This document shows, one piece after another, positions 40,131 to 52,700 of a stretch of DNA of 64,000 nt. The position numbers and the translations under genes are program-made. The stretch's first letter is position 1. Each line of letters begins with the position of its first letter. The notes under the pieces were generated by a model. The model saw only the letters and a program-made list of their open reading frames with translations. It had not been told where the DNA came from and searched no databases. Source of the DNA: Ruditapes philippinarum (Eukaryota); the NCBI RefSeq assembly GCF_026571515.1, contig NW_026860156.1, forward strand, positions 62,001 to 126,000. Reading direction: 5' to 3'.

Positions 40131-42504
40131 GTTCTTCTTGCTATTTTATTAATATTAGGGTTTTCTTTTAAAGATGAAAATGAGGTCTATAGAAAAAAGA
40201 TGACATGTTAAGCTTTATGTTTTTGTCAATCAAATAATTACCTAACATATTTGTTAGTTTCTATATACATTTTCACCAAGAAATTGTAGGTGGCAGTTGG
40301 TGTGTAAGCTCACCTACCAGGGTTCCACTACCTCCTTAATCACCTGCTCCTCGCTGATAGAACAAATCTCAGTTTTTTCAGATTTTCATTTTTTTTTCTC
40401 TCAAGATTTTTTTTCCAGTGATAATCAGATGCCTAATTTAATGGGTATTTTTCTATCATCTTGCACTGTGCTTAATTGAAGTTCCAGGTGGGGAACACAG
40501 TTGCCATTATTATCACAGTAAACAGGAAGATTTGGTTAGAATGGTAAAAATCTAATGTATTTAGCAGTTTCTAAGACATGCTTAAAATATACCTCATAGA
40601 TAACACTTCATAAATTATCATGTTAAAGTTCACCAAACAAAGTTTATTTCACTAAATAAAGTGTTTTGCAATTCACTTAAATATATTATAATGAATGTGA
40701 TTTGAAAAGAGACACAGTGCTATAATGGTTGAGTAGAAAAGATGTCTACCTCTAATTAAACCTAGAGTCATCATGGGTTTGAGACAAGGTCACAACCATA
40801 TCTCCTTAATAAAGGACACAAAATAGTGCTTATTTCCACAAGTCAGACCTGATCACAAATAAAGGCAGACTTGACTGTGATAGATTCAAATCACAGGAGT
40901 TTTGACATATATTGTATGTATCAGTAATTGTCATAAAAGTTGAACTTTCTCTCAAATGCCCCATCTCTATAATATATAAATAAAACACTATTGAGATGCT
41001 GTAGATTCTTTGGTAAAAATTTATGAACTTTTGAGTTCCTGTATTCGAGGTAGCTTCAAGCTTACTTTTTACGGCTGAAATACATATATATTTAAGCTTA
41101 AATGATTCTGAATTAAATAGTGAGAGAAACAACTGTTCTGTTGTGAAGTTCGATTTTTTTTCTCCAGATTTATTTATCATGGAATTCTCAAGTAATGGCT
41201 ATAATAGGCAAGTGGGTGGGAGTTACACCCATAATTAATTGAAATGTATGTTAGCTTGTCCTGATAATGTAATGTTATGTTGGCTAACCTTCCTGCAGGT
41301 TGCTGAGAAATAACATTTATTTGACACACAGCATGTAAAAACTGCAGTGTTTGAGAGTGAGCAGAACTGCAATGATGTATGATAGTGCTTTCTTAATGTA
41401 GACAAAGAGAATATTGACATTGCAGCAAAGGAAATTCTTTTTAGTTCCTGAAATATTGTTACTTTAATGAATGATATTGTTTTTGTTATTTTAACAACTG
41501 TGTGCATGTTGATCTTTCAACCACACTAAGTGACATACTAATGTTACATTAAATTTTCCTTTGTGATCTTATATCAAATTTATGAAACATTTGCATTCTA
41601 TTAGAAGGTATATAATTCCATACAAGTCTCAGGTGACAACAGATTTTCAACATTGCATTTTGAGAAAAATATGTTGTTGTTACCTCCATCTTCAAATATT
41701 ACTACAATTAAGCTTGTCATTTTCTCATTAAACACTGAAGGTATTGTTTTGAAAACTAATCAAGTCCCACAACTTTGGCATTGATTTTGGCTGAATTAAT
41801 TACCCCTTTGTTATCTTTCTGTATGAACTGGGCTATACAATTAGATTTAATTGATAATGGTTGCTTCTGATTATGAAGTAACTTAAAGGAGATGATCATG
41901 TTGTATTTCAAAAATTGAGTCCATTTTAATCCCATCATGTCTGGTATAAACATTGCACAGTTACCAGTGATTCATTGAGTCCAGGCTGTTTACTAAAGAT
42001 AACTTGAGCAATAAAGATCCATGGTAAATAAACTTCATAAAGTATGATAAAATGAGAGTCATTACCACATGATATTGCTTGTTAGAGGAGTCAATCTCCA
42101 TGTTTAATAGGCTCACTGAATGGGCTTACTGTACTTAACTCACTGAAAGAAGATTTTGTCATTTCTTTTTTGTTTGTATCTCCATTGTACAATGCCATAA
42201 TATCAAATGGTGTTAACATTATATTTCAGTACTACTAGTACTGGGATTTTGATATTGACCATGTCCTCTATGTTCAGAGCGTTTGAAATTTGTAGCTATT
42301 ATTTAGGCATATACTCATTGACTTGTTATAACTGTCTTAAATTTGTAATATTAATACTCTTGGCTTATAGCTGGCACAGCCTCACAAGATGGTAATGAAA
42401 AATTACTGCATACAAGTATTTGATGCAAAATTTATTTTATTCAAGTATTTGTTTGTTTATTAATGTTAAATTGTTTATTCAATTGTTTCTTCATTTAAAC
42501 TTTT

Positions 42505-42588
42505 TTCATTTATTCATTCATTCATTCATTTATTTATTTGTTCGTTCATTCATTCAGTCACAGTTTTCATTCATTCATTCATTCATTC
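42505..42588. repeat. (TTCA)n microsatellite, interrupted
   Basis: ttcattcattcattcatt runs. Confidence 0.8.
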
Positions 42589-43471
42589 CAAAAATAGGCC
42601 AGTAAGTAAAAAGTGAGAAATTGTTATAGATTCTTTTTGAAATTAACATTTGTTTTGATATGTATGTGATAATGTATGTATCATTCACTATTGATGTAAA
42701 TAAAATGAATTATTAATGAAACAGTAATGCAGAAAACCTACCTATCTTCTGCAGCAGTCTCTCATTATAGTATTCAAGTCCTCAATTAGATAATGAAATT
42801 TTCCCTTGATATTGAATGTTTTATACTTATATTTTAGCTTAAGTTCATTATATTTCTATGTTTATGGTTCATGTAGTTGTTGACTGAGCAGTAGCACCAC
42901 AGTAGACCTATGCCAGCATGGTATAGATCGAGGCCAACCTCCATCTCTTTGTGTGAATTGGCCATACTCTATAATGGGTCAAGTGCTATAAGTTATTCAT
43001 GATATCCATATTGTAAAATAGTTTCAAATTCTGTGCAGACAGTCAGCTTGGTGATGGATATGAAGGCATTTTTTGTAGATTTTTCTTTTCAGGCACTACT
43101 ATACTTGTAAACTTTCTTGACACAAATTGCTGTTTTATCATGAAATTTCATAATAATAATTTTATACTTTCCATTTCAAGATTTTATGATGCACTTTATT
43201 CTTCACATAAAACACCATTTTATTGCATAAATTTAAATGTTGCAAGAAATCTAACTTAAATTAGGAAATAAAAATGTAATATAACTTATATACGTAGACT
43301 TTTATCAGGTTTTATTATGTGTTTTTTTTGTAAACCTGTGTTTTTATTACATCTATCATGATTTATTTAAACAAAAATCCACTTATTAAGGGAGGCAAGA
43401 AAGTAATATTAATATATCATCAATTAAGATAAAGCATTGTAATTATATGTTCATCATTATTTTTGCTTCAG

Positions 43472-43692
43472 ATCAAAATCGTAACAAAACGAGTAAATGC
43501 AAGAAGGATTCCAAAGAGAAGAACAAGCCCCCAGAAACAGTATTAGCTGATGTACATACAAAGGAAGTACAAAGACTTGAGGCCCTGTGTGAGTCGAGGA
43601 CAAAACAACTTAACATGGTGAAACTTCAGTTACAGACAAGTAATCTGGCTTTCGATGGCATGTCCTGTATTGTCAACTACCTGGCTCATGAT
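43472..43692 (+). CDS. MTUS1: Common coding exon: start of the conserved MTUS/toucan-type coiled coil, phase 1 to 0
   Basis: Acceptor tttttgcttcag, donor GAT|gtaagt; peptide KEVQRLEALCESRTKQLNMVKLQLQTSNLAFDGMSCIVNYLAHD. Confidence 0.9.
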
Positions 43693-44045
43693 GTAAGTTA
43701 CAGGTGTATTTGTATACTTCAAAATAATAAAGGTTATATCATGCACAAATACTTTGAATTAATAATATTAAACAGTCTTGTCAGGTGTAAAAACAAAAAC
43801 AAAAAAGCAAGTAGATGCAATTTAAAATGTAACAAATTACATTTTGTAATCTTGAAAAAATCAAATCATAAGTTTTCATCAGTAATGTTTGCACTTTATT
43901 ATAAGGCAAATTTGATAAATACAAATAATTATGTATCTGTTTCTAGTTCATATAACATTATTACCTTTATTGATTTAGTTTAAAATTAGTATGTTGTGTT
44001 CCCAGTAAAAATGGCTTAAAACAGGGTTGTTTGATTGTCAATTGA

Positions 44046-44448
44046 TTTTTTGTCGAGCCGAGAGCTCAATATAGCTGTCACAATGGTGGTTCAGTGTATG
44101 TACCAGTGTCTGTCCACCCAATTATACTTGTCCAGGTTGTAACTCAGAATTTAAATAAGTTAGTACAAATGTTCACAATAATGAGACGGCGTGTCATTTG
44201 CAAGAACCTGTGGCGCGGTCAAAAGTCATACTTTAAGGTCAAATGCAAAAGAATGGTCCCAAACAGCCTGTCCGCACCATAACTCTATCACTAATTGGTG
44301 GAATTTCAAATTACCTTGCACAAATGTTCAACATCATGAGACGGTATGTTTACATGCCAGAACCATGTGACTAGATCAAAAGCTCAAGGTCATTATTAAA
44401 AGTCAGATGTGAAAGCGGGCTCAACATGTTGCCCTTGGGCATCAAGTT
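44046..44448 (+). mobile_element. Degenerate Helentron/pearl-like element
   Basis: ttttttgtcgagccg start and cgggctcaac inverted repeat, hairpin tgcccttgggca, aagtt end; two decayed internal units. Confidence 0.55.
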
Positions 44449-44590
44449 ACTTTTATATTTCTTAGCTCTTTATACACAAAGATGATAAGTAATATAGTAC
44501 TTAATAAGTATGTTCATTACATCATGAAATGATTGTCTACATTTAAGTGTTTTCATATCAAAAGATGTGCATTATATAACCTTTATCTGA

Positions 44591-44732
44591 ATGATTTATG
44601 TGAATTATGATATATCATCCATGCTTCTGTTATTTGTTTTATGATTTAAGTGAATTATGTAATATATTCAATGCTTGAGTTACTTATTATTTGATTTAAA
44701 TGAATTAAGTATTGTATTCCTTGCTGCAGTTT
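44591..44732. repeat. Degenerate 50-bp tandem repeat, 3 copies
   Basis: (a/t)tgatttaagtgaatta-like starts at 44591, 44641, 44691. Confidence 0.55.
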
Positions 44733-46398
44733 AAATAAAACAATTCTACATTTATTTATCATTTATGTTAATGCACTTCTTATGTTTTAAGAATTGATTT
44801 GAATTTCAGTGTGACCATGACATAGTGTTACCCAATTGCTTTTGTAGCTTTAAAGTTATTACTGTAAAAATCTTCGAGATTTGTGGTAATGAATTATTGG
44901 TGAATAATGACGGTTAAGATTTAATCAGCCTGAAAGGTTTTTGATTGAAATGATTTTGTCTGCAGTTACTATAATAATCTGTTGGGAAGTGGTTGGGGGA
45001 ATTATAGGAATATTTACTGAATGTTAAAATAGAAATGTCAACTTTCTATCATGCTTTAAATTTGTGGTTAAATTGAATGATTTTGGCGCAGTTACTTATA
45101 GAAAGGTGTTTTTGTTCTGATGTGATTGCCAAATATTACTGAAAGTGTCAAATCATCTTAAATACTGTGGCAATATAAATTTACAAATTCAATACCAATC
45201 TTTTGCATGTTTTAACAGAAATTAATGACAACTGTTGATATATTTCTCTTTTCCTTATATAATTTGCATTAACAATAGCTTAATATAAATGAGAAAGTTC
45301 AAGAATAATACACAAGAAGACATTTTCATAACTTTTTCTACAAATTTATCTATAAATTATGACTGCTCCTGCATAATCTTTTTGCAAAAATGAAATCCGA
45401 AGTCAAACAACAATGTAGATTAACAAAATGGTATTCACAATTAACTTCCTTATAAGCACTTAAGAATGGAACTAAGAGAGGTAACTAGGATAATTTAAGC
45501 CCTCATATATGTTAAAATATATCGAGTTCATTTGATTGCTTTAAAGCTGTTACTTTTTTTTCTCATGAGAAAATTTGAGTATTTTAAATGCTAATATGAT
45601 AAAAAAAAGTAAACTTTCAGACATAATGTTTCAAGTTATCTTATCTAATGTTTGGTAATAAACACAGTTTTTCTTCGCACATTGGTATTTTTAATGCATG
45701 TTGCATATCTTGTAGTATTTATGAGACAAAATTTTAAGATTTTAATCATGTTATTTCATTTTTTTATGATATGAAAAACATAAAGTTTTTAAATATTGAT
45801 GAAACTTTTTGATTTATCTTAAGATTTATTGTCAATAAAATAAGAGTCTTGAGAAAATTCTGTCTTCTTTTGGAAAAAAAAGAAAATGAGGAACATTTAT
45901 GTTTATGTTACTTTGGCTGACCTCTGCATGTAAACTGCTTAATAGCTTTTGCTGAGTCTTTCTTACTAGGGAAGAGCAAGGCCAGGCAACAAAATCCCTG
46001 CAGTCTGATTATGTTTTTTGTTTCTTTTATGGCACTCCGGTAGCTCAATTTTATAATTGTCTTAAAGAAATCTTTAAACTACAAAGATATAATTTGCCTA
46101 ATGTTATAGACTCTTAGCTTTGGTTTACATGATTGTCAAAGGCTAATGTGATTATACTTAATTTGCTTATGAACCATTTAGGCTAAATAAGCATCTAACA
46201 TTTCACACTTAAAAACTAATAATAATAAAAGAGATAGTCCAAATTTGTTTAGAAATTAAAGCTGATAACAGTTATTGAGAACCATATTACAATTATTTTC
46301 TTTATGGATAAGGTAGAAGACTTGTATCTAATTTTGCATGAAGATTTAATGAGTTTCAACTTTGCAATATGTAGTTGAAACAATTTTAACATCCGCAG

Positions 46399-46639
46399 CT
46401 TGATGGGTTTTCGTGCCCCGTACTTCTTAAAGAAATGGAATGTCTCAGAGAAGAGCAGGCGGTTGACAGTGGCATTATATGTGCCTTGGAGGGCCATAAA
46501 ACAAGTCTTGAGGAGATAGTTACACATCTTAAAGTGCAACATAAAGAATATTTGAATAGTTTGGAGGTGGAAACAGAAAAATCCCTGCAGTACCAGAGAG
46601 AGTCTTTAGAGAAAGAGCACCAGAGGGAGCTAAATTCCA
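46399..46639 (+). CDS. MTUS1: Duplicated coiled-coil exon variant a (241 nt; putative mutually exclusive exon), phase 0 to 1
   Basis: Acceptor atccgcag, donor A|gtgagt; LDGFSCPVLLKE...EHQRELNS. Confidence 0.8.
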
Positions 46640-46683
46640 GTGAGTTTTTATTATGTTGTGTGTTTTTTATTTTTTTTCCGCAG

Positions 46684-46924
46684 CTCGATGGTTTCTCAGC
46701 CCCACAACTTGTTAAAGAGACAGAAAGCCTTAAAGAAGAGATTAACAATGAGAAAACTCAAATAACAGGGTTGCAGGAACAAAAGTCCAATCTGGAAGAA
46801 ATAATCGCAAACCTCAAGGAGCAGCATAAAGATTATGTAAATAGTCTCGAAGCTGAGAGTGAGAAATCACTGAAATATCAGAGAGACACTTTAATAAGTG
46901 AACATCAGGATATGATGCGCGTCT
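46684..46924 (+). CDS. MTUS1: Duplicated coiled-coil exon variant b (241 nt; putative mutually exclusive exon), phase 0 to 1
   Basis: Acceptor tttttttccgcag, donor T|gtgagt; LDGFSAPQLVKE...EHQDMMRV. Confidence 0.85.
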
Positions 46925-49340
46925 GTGAGTCCAATTTTCATTTTCCCCTAAAATTTTGTACCTCATGTAAACATAGAACTAACATTTTTTGGTAGAGGTG
47001 TTCTATAAAAATCTTGTAGAAATCTAGAGAACTAACACTTTGGTCCTATATCTATCTCATAGTAACTTGGTAATCTAACAAATGGTAGAATTTTGTTTTG
47101 TTTGTACCTTGTATTACAAGATTTCAGTCTTTCTGTCTCTTTCTTACCTTGTAAGCCAGATGTTAGCGAGGACATTAGGCTTTTTGTCCTCAGATACAAA
47201 ACAAATCTGTCATTAATTATGTGACAGTTTAGTGGAAGACTTAATGACTAAGAAGATTATTCATCTACTACTGGTCAGTTGGTAGTAACTTACTAAACTT
47301 GGTTAGTCCTAGAAAAAATTAAGGGGCACTTATCCTTTCGTTTAACTGAAATATAATCACAAGCACTGGAACATTATAACATGTATAATAGTCAAAACAA
47401 TAGATACATTAAACAAACATTAGTCTTTGGCACAATTGCCCTACTCTTTAGGTCCAATGAGAAGGCCTGAATTTGAAATATTCTGCCAGTCTATTTTGCA
47501 ATAGAGTTTATTTAACCAATAATTTTAAAGTAGCATCTGTGTGGATAACTTGGTGCAAGACTAATTATTAAGTCAGACACTAGCTCCTGTGTCACTCTTC
47601 CGTCTATTGGGTGGTTTAGCTTTACCACTACCAACACAAAGGCTATCAAGTCTTTTACCATTTACTCAATAATTGCATGTGGAGAAGTTGATAATGAGTT
47701 ACTTGTAGAATAAGACTCATTCATCATCCAACTAGAGCAGTTAACTGTCAGCGAATGATGTTCACATGAACCTGTAACCTGTAAGGTAAAGAATAAAAAA
47801 AAAAAAAGAATTAGGCACCAAAATAGCTTAAAATCTGTTACTGCCTTCAAAACTGTAGATATAACTGCTATTATTTCTCTCTTTAACATTTTTATTAGTC
47901 TTTATGTTCTTGTGTTCCACTGGTTTTGGGAATTTTTCATATATTAATTTATGTACTCATCCAAATAATTATATTCCTGTATTGTAGAATTCAATATTAG
48001 ATAACCTATAATGTGTAGATATCATTTAATGAAATACAGTAATTTAAATGATTTTAGTATACTTTCAGTCCATGGTTAACTTTTTATAAAACTTCAATAA
48101 AATAACATTATCCACTTTAAACTTTCAAGAGAAAAAGTAGAATATTTTGACCAGGAAATTATTAAGATACTTAATATAGACTTTGATATTACATTCTTCA
48201 AAACTTAATATTCTTACTATAGCTATTTTACAGATTTTCAGTATAACAAAGGGAAGTAATTGTAATATATTTGTATTGCTTGATATGTAAGAGTTACCTT
48301 TTCTTAGTTGTACCGTTCCAGTATGATGTGTATCAAATGCCACTCAGATAAGATAGGAACCTTGTAGATAAAGAATTTGATAAAGGAATCAACCTAGATA
48401 GTTTCATAATTAAACATCTATATCAATTTAAACTACTCACAGAAAGTTCAAGTTTAATGAAATGATTTAAGCGTCACTGACAAAACACTGTGTTATCTGA
48501 TTGCATTTTTTATATGAAATTCTATGATTATTTACTGTAAGTCTCTGAAGGAACATTGATAAATTTTACCCACTATGTTCTTTCAGAATGCCATGGATTG
48601 TATTTTAAATAAAGCCAAATTGATTGTAAGTGATGTATAAAGTAAAAAAAAACAGGGGATGTTTAAAGTAAAAACAGGTGACAGTTTTGTTAGTTTACTA
48701 CATCAGTTTTAACATCATTTTGTGACTGTTTCACATGAAACAATAGGCCAAATTCTTACAAAAACTGATTTTTATCTGGCTAATATTGTATACTTGCTAA
48801 GACTAATTATAGGTCTTTTAGCAGATTTTCAAGAAGTGATGCCCACCCACTAAAACTAAATGGGACTGTTTATAAATGGGTACAAATGACACTTTGTTTA
48901 TAGGGGATTTATACAATCAATACTGTGCATTTTTACTGTAATGTAGAATTTGAATTAAAACACATTTTGACTATTGTATCTGTCTCTTTACTTACTATAC
49001 AACTACAATAATCTTACACTGAGCTGATTCTCTTTTATTTTCATACCATCTTCATTTAAAAACAACAACATGAGATATTTAGCGTGTTTGTACCTTCATT
49101 TACCCTTGATTGGGTTGATAGGGTAGAGGTCACAGAATCTAAAAATAGATTTTTCTACTTTGCTTCATACAAATGTCATAATTTTTTTTATATTTGTCAA
49201 ATAAGCATGGACTTTTAACACAATGGTATATTCTTGTTTTACATAATAATTAAGTATGTAATGTCAATTTTCCCTCCCTTTCATCTTATTTTCTAAAAGA
49301 GTGTACAAATTGTGTTATATTTTGATGATTTGTTTTACAG

Positions 49341-49502
49341 TGAAAGAACAGAAAGCGTCAGAGATAAATGAGATAAGAAAATCTCACGAGGTATATATAG
49401 CCCGGTTAGAAGAAGAACATGCTGTTGCTGTAAAGAAGTTGCAGTTTCTACATGGTGAAAGTATCAAAACACTACAGACCAAACAAGAAAATCAGATGGA
49501 AG
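49341..49502 (+). CDS. MTUS1: Coiled-coil coding exon (KEQKASEINEIRKSHEVYIARLEEEHAVAVKKLQFLHGESIKTLQTKQENQME), phase 1 to 1
   Basis: Acceptor tgttttacag, donor G|gtatat; H-x-x-x-[IL] periodicity resembling MTUS coiled coils. Confidence 0.85.
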
Positions 49503-49644
49503 GTATATTATTTTGTAATAAAAAAAACCCATCTAGTGTTGTTCTGTATGTCATTGTTTCATAGAAGCAGTTAGTTAATTGTGTCTTTGAGATTATTGAT
49601 CTTTTCCTTTATGAGTTGAAGTTTCTTTCGACTGTTGAAAATGA

Positions 49645-49790
49645 TATGGGTTCAAACCCTGTCAGGGGCAAGTTGTTGTTTCCTTGAGCAAGAAACTTTA
49701 CATTCATTGCTTTAAGTACTCGTTGGAATTCAGGAACAGATTCAAATGATTCAATAAGTTTATAGCTTCCAACACAAACTAAAATAAATT
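49645..49790 (+). mobile_element. CORE-type SINE relic; a related fragment lies at about 13200-13280
   Basis: B-box gggttcaaaccc followed by ttgtttccttgagcaagaaactttacatt, also present at 13201. Confidence 0.5.
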
Positions 49791-52700
49791 TGTATAAACT
49801 AAAATGATATGAATGTGTTTTATTCATATGCCTGTAAAAGAATAGAGGACCACTGTCTGTTGACTATAGTACAGTATTTGTGGCACTGTCATGGATAGAC
49901 TAACCAGTGTAATGCTGACACCATTGTTTTCATTATTCTACTGGATACATCCCTATGTGTAGTCTGGCATCAAGATAATAATATTGAATATTGTGTCAGA
50001 TAGCAGAAAAGACATGTTTTCACAATTTGCTTTGAAAGGGGACATAAGAGATGCAAGACTGTTTCATTGTGTTGTTTGACTAATTTAGTTACTTCCCTTG
50101 GCAAAAAAAATAAATGAAATAAATTAATGGAAAATGTTAAAAAAAATAGTAATAAGAACATTACTTAGCAAGTTTGTCCAATATTGCATAAATGTATATA
50201 TACATATATATATTTTAACAAAAGCATTTTATTGGGTGATAACAAATTTAAATGGGAAAAAATTGAATGCATTGAAAGAGCCTGCATTTAAGTATAATAA
50301 CATCTAGAAAAGGTAAAAATATTACAAAAGAAATCGATGAATTTTAAAATTCCAGACCAATAAAACCTGGTTTTTATCAAGTTTAATGTTTGTCTTGAAA
50401 GCCAAGTGACATACTTTAGTCACCTATTCTTGTGATAAATCATATAAAATGTGGGGAAATTATCAATATACAAGATTTATGTAGAAATTATGGGCTTTAT
50501 ATCATTATGATAGGCTGTAGGGGCATTATCTTCAGAATAGTCAGTGTCAATAAAACTGATGTTTGGAGACATGTTCTGATTGAATGTTTAAATCCTGATT
50601 AAATACAGAAGATTCTAATATAATAATTGGGAAAACATTATATTTACTTACATATTAAATCCCTGCTGATTTCGTGTAGGGAGGCATGTCTTTAGTAGCC
50701 CATTGATTGTAACCTTAAGCCTGTTGGCAGCAGCTGAATATAGCCTCTCGACCAGAGCATACTTAGATAAACCAGCACAGCATATCCGTGCCCTCAGATC
50801 ATGGTCTCAACTGTTCACTATTCAGTCAATACATATTTTCAAATTTTAACTGATAACAAGCGATGACAATGTAGGAAAAGTGAAATGTATGGTCAAGAGT
50901 GCACTAACTTGATAGCTGGTCAGTAGCATGGCCAAATTATGCTTAAATTCCCAGTTCTTAGAAAGTTTTAAATTTGCAGCACATGCATAATGTTTTACTT
51001 GTGGGGAATTAAATTTCTGTAAAGAAAAATGGTCAAAAAGAAGAAATGACCAACTGCTTTTTGGTGTATTACATGAAGCTTTAAGATTATATTGATAAGT
51101 CTAAATAATATGGGTATTGTAAAGTAACTGTTTATATATAGCTTGAAATAATATAAGTAATGAGTGTCAAAACAATAAAGATAAAGTATTCCACTAAGAT
51201 GTAAAATAAGTATCAGAATCATTTAAGACTTTAGTTTGTTAGATTGAGAGTTCTCAAAATTTATGGTTGAAATGGCTGCTGAGATACTATCGTTTTACAT
51301 GAAAACACGATCCTTAAAAAGGATATTCTATTTAGGCCCCTAGCCAATACGCCTCCCTCACCCCAGCTTTAATGTGTAGAACATTGCTTTATTCCATAAT
51401 ATTTAATTTTACTGTTAAAAATCAAAAATTTTCCTAAATATTCCCCTCAAATAAGCCAACTGGTATTTTTGCAGATGATAAAAAAGGCCTATTAAAATGC
51501 ATTGGTTTTCTAATCAATATAAAGAACAGGTTTCACTTTCAAGCATAAGGGAAAGTTGTTAGACATGTCAGGGCTTTAAATTTCACAGCGGTTTAATAAA
51601 ATCATTCGCTATCTATCTTTATTCTAAAACGTAGGTGTCGATTAATTATCAGGCACTAAAGTACAGTTGATACATTGTAATCTTTTTATGTAATATTTAC
51701 ATATCTAGTTAGATACTTCATTGGTTAGGTTATTCAATTGAATAGAAAAATGTACATATTAAATTGATTTCCACTTCACAGGCCAATGTGGGAATGTTAG
51801 GTAAATGAAATCTATACAAGATATTTCTTTAGATCGTTAAAGAAATGGATCCCACTGTATATTTATATTCAAACACCTGTCATAGATTCCATTTACATTT
51901 TAAAACTTCAGTTTAAATTTTCAAAAAATTTCTTTAAAACATGATTATTACAAATCCCATTGTTTTTCCTTTGAAGTGACAGCTTAATTGAAACTCGGAA
52001 AACCTATACTGAAAGATATATATGAATATATGAAATGTTAAAATGATTTTATCCAAAATTTAAATAAGAAACTTAAATTTTGATTTAGAAGACTTTAAAT
52101 ACTATCATCAGATATTTCAATATCTGTCTAACATAATTATAATATTCTTAAATGCCATGCGATATACTTGCATGTTGTCCCTTGTCCATCCACATTTAGT
52201 TTTGTTAACACTAGTGGTCACATTTTTGATAGATGCCTGAATTATGGATTTCAGTGCAAAAGATTCCAAAGGCTAAATTTTATATAAATGAGTTAGTTTA
52301 ATCAAAGTGCCCACATTTGCCTGTAATGTTGAGAAGGAGAAGATGCATTCAGCGTTCCTTCACCAGCAAAACTTATCTGTCATCATTATACATTGCAGTG
52401 ACAATATAACCTTTAACTATAACCCAACCAAAAAAAAATAAGTAAATAAAATCTAAATAAATAGAATTTATAAAATGAATAAATAAAAGCAATAGAAAAA
52501 CAAATTAATGATGAATGTACTGACCAAACAAGCATCTTTCTTTTTGCAAAATGAAAAGTACATATTAAAGAGGATTGTTTTCGTTTATGGTCTTATATTT
52601 GCCAAATTATGCTGATTGACAATTTTTTTATTTCATTGTCATTGACCTTCAAGACATTTGGAAATTTAAATATCATGACTGTACTAACATAGGATTAGTT

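Noticed and set aside
43693-43983. C-terminal part of the 178-aa ORF 43447-43983
   Set aside because: Read-through past a consensus donor (GAT|gtaagt) into AT-rich intron sequence.
46386-46748. 120-aa antisense ORF over the duplicated exons
   Set aside because: Ser/Leu-rich shadow of the Glu/Lys-rich sense frame.
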